DNA of 64,000 bases from a virus. Positions 15,845 to 26,400 of the stretch are shown piece by piece. The translations under genes and the position numbers were made by a program. Under the pieces are notes generated by a model. The model did not search any database. It was not told the origin of the DNA and saw nothing but the letters and a program-made list of their open reading frames with translations. How positions within the stretch are numbered: the first letter of the stretch is position 1; each line of letters begins with the position of its first letter. Location of the stretch: positions 1-64,000 of IMG/VR virus record IMGVR_UViG_3300035564_000075; one strand, written 5' to 3'.

Positions 15845-17272
15845 ATGGCTTTTGAAGATTTTTATAACATGAACCCAGTTGCAGTAATTGACCAGAACCT
15901 CTGGACTGACAAAGTACCCGAGATTCTGATGCAGTTCCAAACTGGTCCGAGCATCTATACCCCCCTTATCGATTGGATGGATAGATCTCAGCAGACTGGT
16001 GCACAATTCAGCCAGTTCTTCGAGGTATTGGAAGGTGATGTGAACTTTGACGAGATTGCAATCACCGCCGAATACATTCCTCAACCCGCAGGGGTTGATT
16101 CCAGAATGCGTCAGCTAACCGTAGCACGTTACGGCGATAAGGTACAGCTACACGAGAGCGAGAACATCTTCCAGATGTGGCGCGCAAGTGGTGGTCGTGA
16201 TTGGCGTCCTTTGCTACGTGGTGTTCTGGGCAATAACGTAAAGCGCAAGATCGAACTCCTAAGCCGCAATGCCTATCTGCGTGGCCCTAAGAACTACTGG
16301 ACCTTTGCAAATGGCAAGACCTGCTTCCAGGATCTTGGTGAGAATGACACCTTCGCTCTTGATGCTGTAAACGCATGGAACCTACGTCTTGGTAACTTGG
16401 GTAGCCCCGTTATTCCTGGTGTTGAAGCGACCGTCAAGTTGGCTATGCTTCCTCCTGGTGCTATCTATGACTTCTTCGCTACTCTAGCGAATGCAAGCAA
16501 GAACGAAGCTTCTATGTGGCGTGATAGCTTCATCTATGGTGGTGAGCGTCTTCGTTACGAAATTGGTATGTTCAAGAACGTCCGTTTCGTGGAGCACCCG
16601 AACGATCACTATGGTGTGAACAACGCTGTGCTATATAACGCCGGTAAGGTGTTCTATCAGTATGGTGTTTCTGCAGCTATCAATGCTGGTGATGGTGCTC
16701 CTGATCCTACAACCAGTTCCGTAGATGGTACTTGGTATGTTGGTCAGAAGGGTGCTACGCACTTTGTTCAGTTGAGCGCAGATCCTACCGGACTTGCTCT
16801 CAACGATATGGTATCTATCCATATTGCAAAGCAGAGTGATAGCACATACTTCGACACTGATGCTCCTGATTTCCTAGCAGGAACCACCATTGTTCGTCGT
16901 GTCATCGCAATCGACCACACCAACTATCGTGTTAGCTTCGATCGTCCTATTATGTCACCGTTCACTACTTCATTCTCCGGAACTCCTAAGACCTCTGGTG
17001 GCCCTGCCACGATCTATGCATTCGTGACCTCAGGACAGCACATTGGTTTTGGTCTGGTACTTGGTAGCCGTGGTGGTATCATGGGCAACGTGAACCGTCC
17101 TCTACGCTTCTACGAACCACGTCCTGTGGATGATTTCGATAGCGTATGGCGCTATGTCTGGGACATTGTGGCCGGATACAACATCTGGGAACCACACATG
17201 TTCGAGTCTCACTTCTTTGCTGTAAGCCTACCTAAGCCTGGTGGTGTTATTAGCCCCGCTTCTGTTAGCTAA
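15845..17272 (+). CDS. major capsid protein
   Basis: position; YEIGMFKNVRFVE segment typical of HK97-fold capsids. Confidence 0.8.
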   Translation: MAFEDFYNMNPVAVIDQNLWTDKVPEILMQFQTGPSIYTPLIDWMDRSQQTGAQFSQFFEVLEGDVNFDEIAITAEYIPQPAGVDSRMRQLTVARYGDKVQLHESENIFQMWRASGGRDWRPLLRGVLGNNVKRKIELLSRNAYLRGPKNYWTFANGKTCFQDLGENDTFALDAVNAWNLRLGNLGSPVIPGVEATVKLAMLPPGAIYDFFATLANASKNEASMWRDSFIYGGERLRYEIGMFKNVRFVEHPNDHYGVNNAVLYNAGKVFYQYGVSAAINAGDGAPDPTTSSVDGTWYVGQKGATHFVQLSADPTGLALNDMVSIHIAKQSDSTYFDTDAPDFLAGTTIVRRVIAIDHTNYRVSFDRPIMSPFTTSFSGTPKTSGGPATIYAFVTSGQHIGFGLVLGSRGGIMGNVNRPLRFYEPRPVDDFDSVWRYVWDIVAGYNIWEPHMFESHFFAVSLPKPGGVISPASVS

Positions 17273-17299
17273 TATGGTTGATCGTGCAGTGAGGACAGC

Positions 17300-17989
17300 A
17301 TGGACTATGCTACGCTGAAGGAAAGAATAGTTAGAGTATTGGGAGATAATGTAACTGGAGGATCGGTCGTAAGTGGCCCCTCTACACCAGTTGCAGGTAC
17401 CCTATATACTGCCGAACTTCTTGCTGATGGCGTGAATGCTGCCCTCATTGCACTAACCACAAGGCAATGGAAAAACTCATTCGTTGACGTTGCAGGAGAT
17501 GCTACAACCTATACTGCTGATGTCCCCGATGGTTTGTTAGAGATTGAAGGTATCTACGATGAGTATTACAAGCAGTTTGTCCCACGTGTGAACTTCCTAG
17601 TGAATGGCACACAATTCAATACCTGGGTCAACTCTTGGTATATCTCACCCACTGGAACTATAAGGTTCCTGAATGCAATAAAGGCTGGCGTGCGCATCTT
17701 TTACAGCACTTATTGGACAGTACCCTCAGACGATGATGACGATTTGGAGACACCAAACTTCTGTGACAATGCTCTGGTTTATTACGCTGCGTCACACTGT
17801 GCTCTTTCTAAGGCCAGTCAGTCAGCATCTATCCGCCAATTCAATACTAAAGTAGATTCCGGTACTCCCGAGCAGAATCCTCTCGAACAAATGTCCATTC
17901 AGTTTATCAAGAGATTTGAGAGAGAGATGTCTATTATGCCGATGATGTTTCACAACAATGTAGAAGCCCGTACAGGAGCGTCACGCTAA
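17300..17989 (+). CDS. head-tail adaptor protein
   Basis: position; P...ALVYYAA motif. Confidence 0.65.
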   Translation: MDYATLKERIVRVLGDNVTGGSVVSGPSTPVAGTLYTAELLADGVNAALIALTTRQWKNSFVDVAGDATTYTADVPDGLLEIEGIYDEYYKQFVPRVNFLVNGTQFNTWVNSWYISPTGTIRFLNAIKAGVRIFYSTYWTVPSDDDDDLETPNFCDNALVYYAASHCALSKASQSASIRQFNTKVDSGTPEQNPLEQMSIQFIKRFEREMSIMPMMFHNNVEARTGASR

Positions 17990-18528
17990 TGGCACAAATT
18001 ATCAACATGATTCTTGACACAGTTGTTACGTCTTTGCAGAAGACCATGGCAGACGACATTGAAGACCTCAACACAAAGGCGACACTTGTCAAAAAAGGAC
18101 TTTTACAAGTAAACAAGATCCAGAACTATATCGAGATTGGAGTGATTGGCGGTAATCACGAAGATCCTGAGTATAAGGATGGGATTGTTACCCTTGCACG
18201 CTTGCCAGATATGGCAATGACGATTCCTGCAAGGGAAATAGGTGGAACACAGGTATGGCAGAGGCGCTTTATGGCTATGTTGGAGATTTACTACATTCTC
18301 CAGCAACACACCGAAACTGAAGCCTTTAGATATGCCTATGAAGTACTGGGAAGACTGATGAGCAATATCGAGACAATCGATGTTGCAGGACAGACAGATG
18401 ACTTTGGAGAGACTTCAATAAGCCACCCCTACGTTTATGAAGACACATTCTTTGAAAGTGGTGGCCCCCCACAGAGTTATATCTTTCGTGGAAGTATAGG
18501 ATTTACAGTATTTACTGAACGTCCGTAA
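17989..18528 (+). CDS. neck/tail terminator protein
   Basis: position before tail tube; size. Confidence 0.5.
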   Translation: MAQIINMILDTVVTSLQKTMADDIEDLNTKATLVKKGLLQVNKIQNYIEIGVIGGNHEDPEYKDGIVTLARLPDMAMTIPAREIGGTQVWQRRFMAMLEIYYILQQHTETEAFRYAYEVLGRLMSNIETIDVAGQTDDFGETSISHPYVYEDTFFESGGPPQSYIFRGSIGFTVFTERP

Positions 18529-18552
18529 GATTCGTTATTATAGGAGGCTTTA

Positions 18553-19647
18553 ATGGCCGTTACTGCTCAAGCAGGTATCATTGGTTTTGGTCCACAGGCT
18601 GCAAAAGGTTCACCTGCCCTTTCCATCTATCGTCACCGCGCTACTATGGTTGACATTGATGTTGCAGACGATGTGCGCGAAGGCCCACCAGAAGTTGGTG
18701 GACTGGCTGTGCCTACATTCCCTTATAAGGGTGGTCCCGTTGTGGCGGGAGGCTTTACCATCCAACCCCGCCTGGAAGATACTCTAGGATGGTTGCTATA
18801 CGGTATCATGGGTGCTACTAGCACTACCCCTGATGCAGAAAGTGGCGCTTATCTAAACTCATTCAAACTTGCAACCGATTCTGGTTATGTACCGTGGATG
18901 ACAATCCGCAAGTACGTTCCTCAGAATAACGGCGATCCCGAGACTGATATGGGACAGCAATTCAACGACTGCAAGCTAGTTGGCATGACTATGACTCTGC
19001 CGAATGATGGCCCTATCTCTTCTCGTGTCGATGCAATTGGTCGTACCTTTGATCTAGTTCCTTATCCGTTTAGCCTAACATCTGGTCCTAGTGGATCTCC
19101 TGGTGCTGTAGATGGCCCATGGGAATGGGCTAATACAATGGAACCATGGCACTCTATTCCAGTTGGTGTTCAGACTGGTGGTTTCATTAAGATCGGCGGT
19201 GACACTCTTCCAGTAGTTGCCGCACAGGTTGGTTTCCAGAACGTGCCTCTTGACCTACGTCAGGAGCGTGTGTATGGCGACCCATTCCTTGAGGATGTTA
19301 CTGTCGTTCAGCGTCGTTTGACCTTCGACCTCACTGTAAAGTATACCAACCCAGAACTGTACAAGTTGGTTCTGACTGGTACCAAGACAGGCACTGAATG
19401 GAGTGGACAACCACACACTGGCGCTCTGGATATTATGGCTATCTCAGCTAGCAAGATGACTGGCCTACTCAACCCATGGAGTCTGGAGATTACGAGCGAT
19501 GAAGTTATGATGACGCAGGTGGGTGGTATCACACTTGCTGGTAATCAGGCTATCTTGCTTCGTTTCTCTGGCGTTGCTCTTGAAGCAACCAACTATGCTA
19601 CGTTTATCTTGAAGAATAAGGTAAATGGGTATACTTGGCCTGCATAA
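18553..19647 (+). CDS. major tail tube protein
   Basis: beta-rich 364 aa; AGGAGG RBS; followed by hairpin and chaperone genes. Confidence 0.75.
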   Translation: MAVTAQAGIIGFGPQAAKGSPALSIYRHRATMVDIDVADDVREGPPEVGGLAVPTFPYKGGPVVAGGFTIQPRLEDTLGWLLYGIMGATSTTPDAESGAYLNSFKLATDSGYVPWMTIRKYVPQNNGDPETDMGQQFNDCKLVGMTMTLPNDGPISSRVDAIGRTFDLVPYPFSLTSGPSGSPGAVDGPWEWANTMEPWHSIPVGVQTGGFIKIGGDTLPVVAAQVGFQNVPLDLRQERVYGDPFLEDVTVVQRRLTFDLTVKYTNPELYKLVLTGTKTGTEWSGQPHTGALDIMAISASKMTGLLNPWSLEITSDEVMMTQVGGITLAGNQAILLRFSGVALEATNYATFILKNKVNGYTWPA

Positions 19648-19655
19648 ACCCAATA

Positions 19656-19679
19656 GGAGGGGTGTGAAAGCACCCCTCC
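19656..19679 (+). terminator. stem-loop after tail tube gene
   Basis: ggaggggtg-tgaaag-cacccctcc. Confidence 0.6.
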
Positions 19680-19704
19680 ACAATTCCTAATAGGAGAACA
19701 TAAC

Positions 19705-20136
19705 ATGTCTTTCAAACTATCCACACCCCTTGTTACAGAATTTTCCCTTGCCGAAGTTGACAAGAAGATGGGACTGGAGGAATCTCCGGACCCAACCATG
19801 ATCACCATCAGGCAGGCTGCAACGGGAGAGAACGAGGAAAGGAACAACCTATTTTCCCGTTTTCAAAGAGAGTACACTCCTGATACAGTAAAAGTAACGC
19901 AGGACATCAGCTTCGATGCCGTTAGAAGGAAAGAGGTTTTCTTGACTCTGGCAGCATGCAATATTATGGATGTTGATGGCAGGCCCCTATTTGTATTCAA
20001 GGACGGTCGTCTGCAAGATGAGAAATTGTTTACTAAGGCTTGGTCAAAACTGCCCCCTCTGTATGCAGAAGCTATTCACGAAAAAGTACTCGAAGTGAAT
20101 GTAATGTGGAAGGCAGATGTGGGGGAAGGCTCCTAA
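19705..20136 (+). CDS. tail assembly chaperone (G)
   Basis: between tube and tape measure; slippery GGGGGAA at 20121-20127. Confidence 0.75.
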   Translation: MSFKLSTPLVTEFSLAEVDKKMGLEESPDPTMITIRQAATGENEERNNLFSRFQREYTPDTVKVTQDISFDAVRRKEVFLTLAACNIMDVDGRPLFVFKDGRLQDEKLFTKAWSKLPPLYAEAIHEKVLEVNVMWKADVGEGS

Positions 20137-20420
20137 TAGAGAAATTAGACAAATTGAGAACTGCGCTTCAGAACTACTTTGGCATGCTGAATGAGATCAA
20201 GAATAAACTCAAGCCAGAGACAGTCTACGAGAAGCCCGATGTTCTTGAGATTATAGAAATTTGTAGAGACATGGGTATACCTAGGGTGGACGCAGATTAC
20301 GAGCACCAGCCATATATCTGGACGCTCGAATTCCGCACAGCTATCCAGGAAGAGGCGCTATGGAAGAACCTGAATGCCATGGCTGCACAAAGTGGAGCGT
20401 CAACCAATGCCTCCGTATAA
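20121..20420 (+). CDS. tail assembly chaperone -1 frameshift extension (GT)
   Basis: open -1 frame (ORF 20040..20420) continuing from the slippery site. Confidence 0.7.
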   Translation, partial: GGRLLIEKLDKLRTALQNYFGMLNEIKNKLKPETVYEKPDVLEIIEICRDMGIPRVDADYEHQPYIWTLEFRTAIQEEALWKNLNAMAAQSGASTNASV

Positions 20421-23400
20421 GATTACTGATCTTGCAGGGCTGCTATCTGGCCCAAGTTATGGCCTACGTGTTTCGAAGAGTGAGCAAGAAGATGGTACAA
20501 CCCGTATCACTGTTTGGCAACCTAATAGGCCAGCAAAAAAGCTAACGTTAGATGTTCGCTCTTCCGAAGGGGGTGCATTCGGAGGAGTTTTTGAGATACT
20601 CAATAAGAGTAAGCGCACCGCCTATGTAGAAGCCCCATTACTTCAGGCAGAAGTAAGTGAAGGAGAAGAGACTAAGTTTGCCGGTTCTAGCTCTATGCAG
20701 ATGCTTGCACAGAGAATTTGGACATCCTTCGAGCGCGCCTCAGGACAAGTTGGTGCCACTCCACATTCTGTATTCTGGAGTTCCGTAGTAAGGGGAAACG
20801 AGGAAGTTCAGCCTGCTACTGCACTTGGTTGGCATGCCAATGAGTTGGCACAGAACATCACACGTGGTCAGATACGCTTCAATGTCAATGCAATGGGCAA
20901 ACCTCTATATCCTAGTGATGTAGAGCAAGTCCAGAGAGACCTGATGTCTCAAATCAGGTATGGCAAGAATCAGATTATGGGTCCTGGCAACCAGCATGAT
21001 CAGGGCGTTGGTGCAACCTTTGGTGAACTGGGACGTGGTGGATATGTGCAGAAGGGCGGGTTCCTAATTCCTATCACACAGATAACCAGAACTACTGCAG
21101 AGGGAACTGAATGGTTCCTACCAGGAACTGCAGAAAGTGCCGCAAAGTCTCTTCGTAGAATTGGTACATTGCCTCCAGAAGCACTTCCTTATACTAAGGG
21201 AGTGGGTCCAAATAACGTCTATCAGCAAATGCAAGCAACCCCTGCAACCGGACAGGGAGCAGGCTATGCGCTATTGAATATGATCCATCCTGGTGAAACT
21301 CAGGCACGTACTGCGCCTGTAGGCAACCTTTGGGTATCTGGTGTTAGTGGTATCCCTGGTGGTGGACTAGAGCCTTCTAATGCATGGAGACCATCTGCAT
21401 GGGGAAACACCACGGTTGAGGATCTCGATCTTCCTATTAGGAATATTGGAGAGGCCACTGCTGAAAACTTCCCGTTCAAGTTCCGCAATGTAGTAGGAAA
21501 GAACTATGAACCTGGGGAAGGTTCTCCTATCGTTGGTACATACAATGTTGGCGGAAGTGAAAGGAACCTAACTCTACGTCCAGTAGAGAGTGCTCCACTA
21601 TCTCCTTTGTCACAAGTTGTGCTTGTTCCATCATGGAAGAATCCAGTAACTGGTGAATTCCTTGCAACCAAGAAGAGGGGTGCGGTAGCAGTATCTGATG
21701 CAGAGGTACTGGCTGTATCTCAAAGATCTGGTTTGCCAGCACAGAGAGTAGAGGGTTATACCTCTCTGGCGTTGTCTGTTACCAGTCTATACAGAACTGC
21801 ACAGAAAACTGGTGGTACTATCAAGGCACTTGGCGTTCCTACTGGCATGGAACAGTATGTCCATGTAGGTGGACAGAAGGTACCGATCGATTTGGTTACT
21901 GGTGAACTGAAGTCATCTCTTGCCATCACGCAGGACTTTATGGCTTCTCGTTCTCGTTCTCAGGTACTGATGATGCTTGAGGATTACACCAAGAGAACCA
22001 GTGTTTCCGGTGGTCAAGAATTGGTAGAGTACTACAAGAAAGAGTTTATGTCTGGTAAGAGACCTGCTACTATGGAGGAACTTGCCTCTCAACTTAGCAT
22101 TTATGGCGAAGGACAGACTGAAGAGATCAGCAGACTGCAGAGATGGAAGTCATCTCTGACTGACATGAATACTGTCTTCAACATGAGCGAACTAAGCAAG
22201 GAAGAGTTGAGGATTCATGGTACAACCAATGCATCTAATCTTTCTACCTACATAGACCAAAGAATTTCTACTGTTCGTGACTCTGCATTCTCTGGTAATG
22301 GTATGCAACTTGGTAGTGAGATCTTCAAGAATACAGTTCTTGCAGAGAGTGATGCAGAGAGAGCTATGAAGCGCTATGGCGGCTTCTTGACACCAGAGGG
22401 TAACGAGATAGTCCATGGTGCCATGCATCCAGAGTCTATCAAGTGGGCAATCCAGGCTGCAATGGCAACTGGAATGACACAATCACAGGCAACAAAAGAT
22501 GTCAAGAGAAGGTTCACGTTTCAAGATCCTTCTGGCAATCCTATAACACTTCAGCAAGCTATCAAGCTTGGCGAGAGTGGTAAACTTCCTATTGCCTTTG
22601 AGCATCCAGAAAGAAGAAGTGTAGTTCTGATGGGACAGCCTCTTCCAAGAATGATGGAATGGGCTTCAAGGCAGACAAGAATTGGTTATGAGACTGGTAC
22701 ATATCTGTCTTCTATGTTTCCAAAATTCATGTCAGGTATTGGTGCGAACACACGTGAATCTCACAAAATGAGAGGCATGGAAGGACCCGAGCGTGAAGTA
22801 GATGCTTATGTAAAGTGGTCACTCACTCTTGCAAAGCAGAATGAGCAGTATCCTGATATTACTAAGCTAGGAAAGGGAAGGGAATATACAGGAAAGGAAG
22901 AGACTGCTGCGGCTATGACCGTTGCAGAAGACTTGCTTGTAAAATCTGCTTCAGATCTTGCCGAAACTAGAAACAATCCCGATGCAACTCCAGAGATGAT
23001 CAATCAAATGGAGGATGCATATCAATATCGCAAGTCCAACTTCATGGAAATAAGACAGAAGCTGGATATGCCGCCTGAAATGCCGCTTATGCCAGAGAAG
23101 TATCAGGAAGTAAGCGAATCCAATATGAGTAATATTGGTTCCTGGCTATCTTCCCCAGAGGGACAGCAGGCAAGTGACGAAACCAAGCTAGACTTCATTC
23201 GCTCTACTATTGGAGAGGGAGAGGGACCCCTATTCTATGGTCATATCAAGGATGGCAAACTCGTTTCTGGCCCTGGACATCTAATTCCACGCCCTGAACT
23301 TATCAAGGAACTGCAGTACAACGACAAGATCACTGGAGAGTCAATTGGTAACATCTCTGCTCTCTATACTGGAATCTTTTCTGGTAAGTCTGGACCCGAG

Positions 23401-26400
23401 AGACTATTCAACATCCTAAAGGATCGTCTAGGCGCAAAGAGCGAGGCTTACAAGAATGCATGGGGCTTCAAGACTCCATCTGGTTGGGGTGGTAGATTTG
23501 GAAACCTAGAGGCTCTTGCACCAGATGAAATCTATCTGCCTCCAAGTGAGCGCAAGAGAATGCTTCGTCAGATGGGATTCAGGGGACAGAAGCTATCCAA
23601 GGCCATGCTGCAACTTGAGAAGATGGGTGATGTACAGGGAATCGGATTCCGTATTCCTGTAGGTTCACGCGGCCAGCAGATGATGGCAATGAGACTTGTT
23701 ACAGAAAGGACTCTGCGCGAGAGACTTGGCAGTGCTGTAAATCGTGGTGCGTTACTTGGACAATTGAAGCAGACTACTGGTATGTCCTTTGTCAGCAAGC
23801 AGTTCGCTGCCGTTGGTAAGGGTGACTTCGATGCAGACTTTATGATGTCTTTGTTCGGTTTGGCTAGGGACAAGGATGATAATCTCGTCAAGACCGATAC
23901 CACCGAACTGGGTGCAATTCAGATAAAGACCAGTGAGGATGCTGTAGGGCTTCTTCGTAAGATGGGATTGAATGTAGAGGAAGACATTCCAAAGGAGTCT
24001 CTGGATACTATCAAGGAAGTTCTTGATAAACCAGGATTCCACTCTGCACAAGAGGTTATGGAAGCCTTCTTCAAGCTAGGCGTTTCAGAGACTGGTCGTG
24101 GCACTACCTACAACATCCAGCGTATCTTCACGCCTTTCATGCAGATGGCAGGCTTCAAGACAAAGCAAGTTGATGCAGTTACCTCTGCAATGCAGAAGAT
24201 CTACAGTGCCGCATTGGACAACTGGAATGTAAAGAACAAGCGTGAGCTATTGGGCGACACGCTTACTTCCGCTATCTCTACTGCAGAGATCCGTATGGGA
24301 GATAGTGGTCCATATCTGCACCTGGGAACGCGTATTCCTAAGAAGGGTTCTCCTGGAAACATTGGTTACAACTTTGCGCCCGAGCAACTTGTTCAGGGTG
24401 GCGTAAAGAATCTCATGCTGGAACTTGCACGCAGAGCCAACACTCCTCTTGAGGTTGTTGGAAAGAATGGCGAAATTACCAAGGAATATCAGTGGACTGC
24501 AGAATCTGTAGCACAGCTATTCACTGGTCCTGGCAAGAGCTCTAAGGCGCTAAAGGCAAAACTAGAAGCTGCTGGACTTGGCAACTTCTATGGTCCTCTT
24601 GCTGAAGAGATCAACTCTAAGTTCGAGGGTGCAAAAGATCACGAAGATACCATAAGAATCAGCAATGAATTTATGATGACACCGATCGTGGGCTCTACTC
24701 TTACTTCTGCATTGGTACGTGCTAATGGAGATCCAGATGCAGAGTATGCTGCTGCTGAATTCTTCCGTAAGTCAGGTTACTCTGGCAAGCTGATCAAGGC
24801 TTCTGCAACTCTTGCTCGTATTCAATTGGGCAAGGCAGATGTCTCTGCCGATGAGATCTTCGATGCTCTAAAGGTAATGCCAAAGGGTGTTGATAGAGAG
24901 TCACTTGTTCAGGTTGCCATTCAGCGTGGTATTAGAGTGCCAAAGTATCAGGGCAAGGAAGGCGCTCCAGATCCTAAGAGACAGGTGGAAGCTGCATTTG
25001 AGAGAGCAGTTCCACAACAGGGTGTCCTAGCCACTGGTGCTGCTGCCAGAAGAGGCAGGGGCGGAATGAGTCCCGTAGAGCGTGCAGTAGTTGAGAGTGC
25101 TACTCAAATTGCTCCTGGTGTTGGTAGAAGGGCGGGACTTATCCCAGATCCTGATGCCATTCTGGAGAGGAATATAGACGATGTATCAATGGGAGAGGCT
25201 GACAGACTATTGGGTGCTGCTGTATCAAGTGCTCCTAGAGTTCTGTCTGCTTTGGGCGGCAAAGATACTGGACTATATAGCAGAATCCAGGCCGCTGTAT
25301 CTGCTGCTACAGGTGTTGGCGTTGGTGATCTTGGTTCAAGATTCGGCAATCAACTAGCCGAGCAGATTGGTGGTGCTTCTTCTACTCCCGAGAATCTTGA
25401 GAAGTTCGTGCGCGCATTGGGCGCAGGTGACTTCGACAAGATCAAGGAAGTTCAGAAGGGTGTATCTGCATCCAGAATTGGTGCCTATGTTGCTCCTAGA
25501 GCATCAGCTAAGATGAACATGGCTGCTGTAACTGCACTGAACGCCAGTGGTCAGGCTGCACAGATTGCAGGCATTGGTGATATGAATGCAGTTGAAAGAG
25601 AAGTGGGTAAGCAAGCGCAGGAAGTAACAATATCCCCTGAAGCGCAGAAGGCTGCAAAGCTAGAGACACTGTACAATAACTGGATTGCCATGACTGATAA
25701 GCATGGCAAGATTATGGAGAAGTACCAACCCGCCTTTGATAAGATGGTACATGATTTTGGAGAAGTTGGTAAAGACTTCGAAAAAATGAGCAAGGGCGAA
25801 AAGAGGGGCGTGGTTGGTGGCTTCGCTGCACAGCGTGAGGAAGATGCCAAGTCTGAACAAGCTGCTGCAAGACAGGCTGCTCAGGGAAGAATCGCTGCTG
25901 GTGGCGGAACTGGTACACCAGAAGATATAGCCCTTGCTGCTAGTGGTGGTGACGAGGGCGGTAGTACTCCTGGAAGAAGAATCGCTTCAACCTTCCGCAA
26001 GCTATTAGGCGGTTGGGGCCTAATGTACATGAAGGATATTGCTGGCTACGTGACTGGTGGTGTTGGTTGGGGACAGGGCGAAGCAGAGCAGTATCGTGGT
26101 GCACAGGCTGGCGTGATTGGCAAGCAAGTTGGAATGACTTCTCCATACCAGTCATACGCACAACGTACTGCCACCATGATGGGTCTTGCGGGAAGTGATG
26201 TAAACGCAAAGCAATATCTGGATAGAATACAGGCACAGAACCAAGCAATTCAGCTTGGCTTTGGTGGTCTATCTGCTGGTGTGGCTGGTGCGGCTGGTTA
26301 CTCATTCATTGCGCAAAGTGGTGCACTTGGAGCAGGTCTTGCATCAGAAGCAAGTATTGGTGCAGTTGCTCCTATACTTGGATTGGCAATCGGTGCTGGT

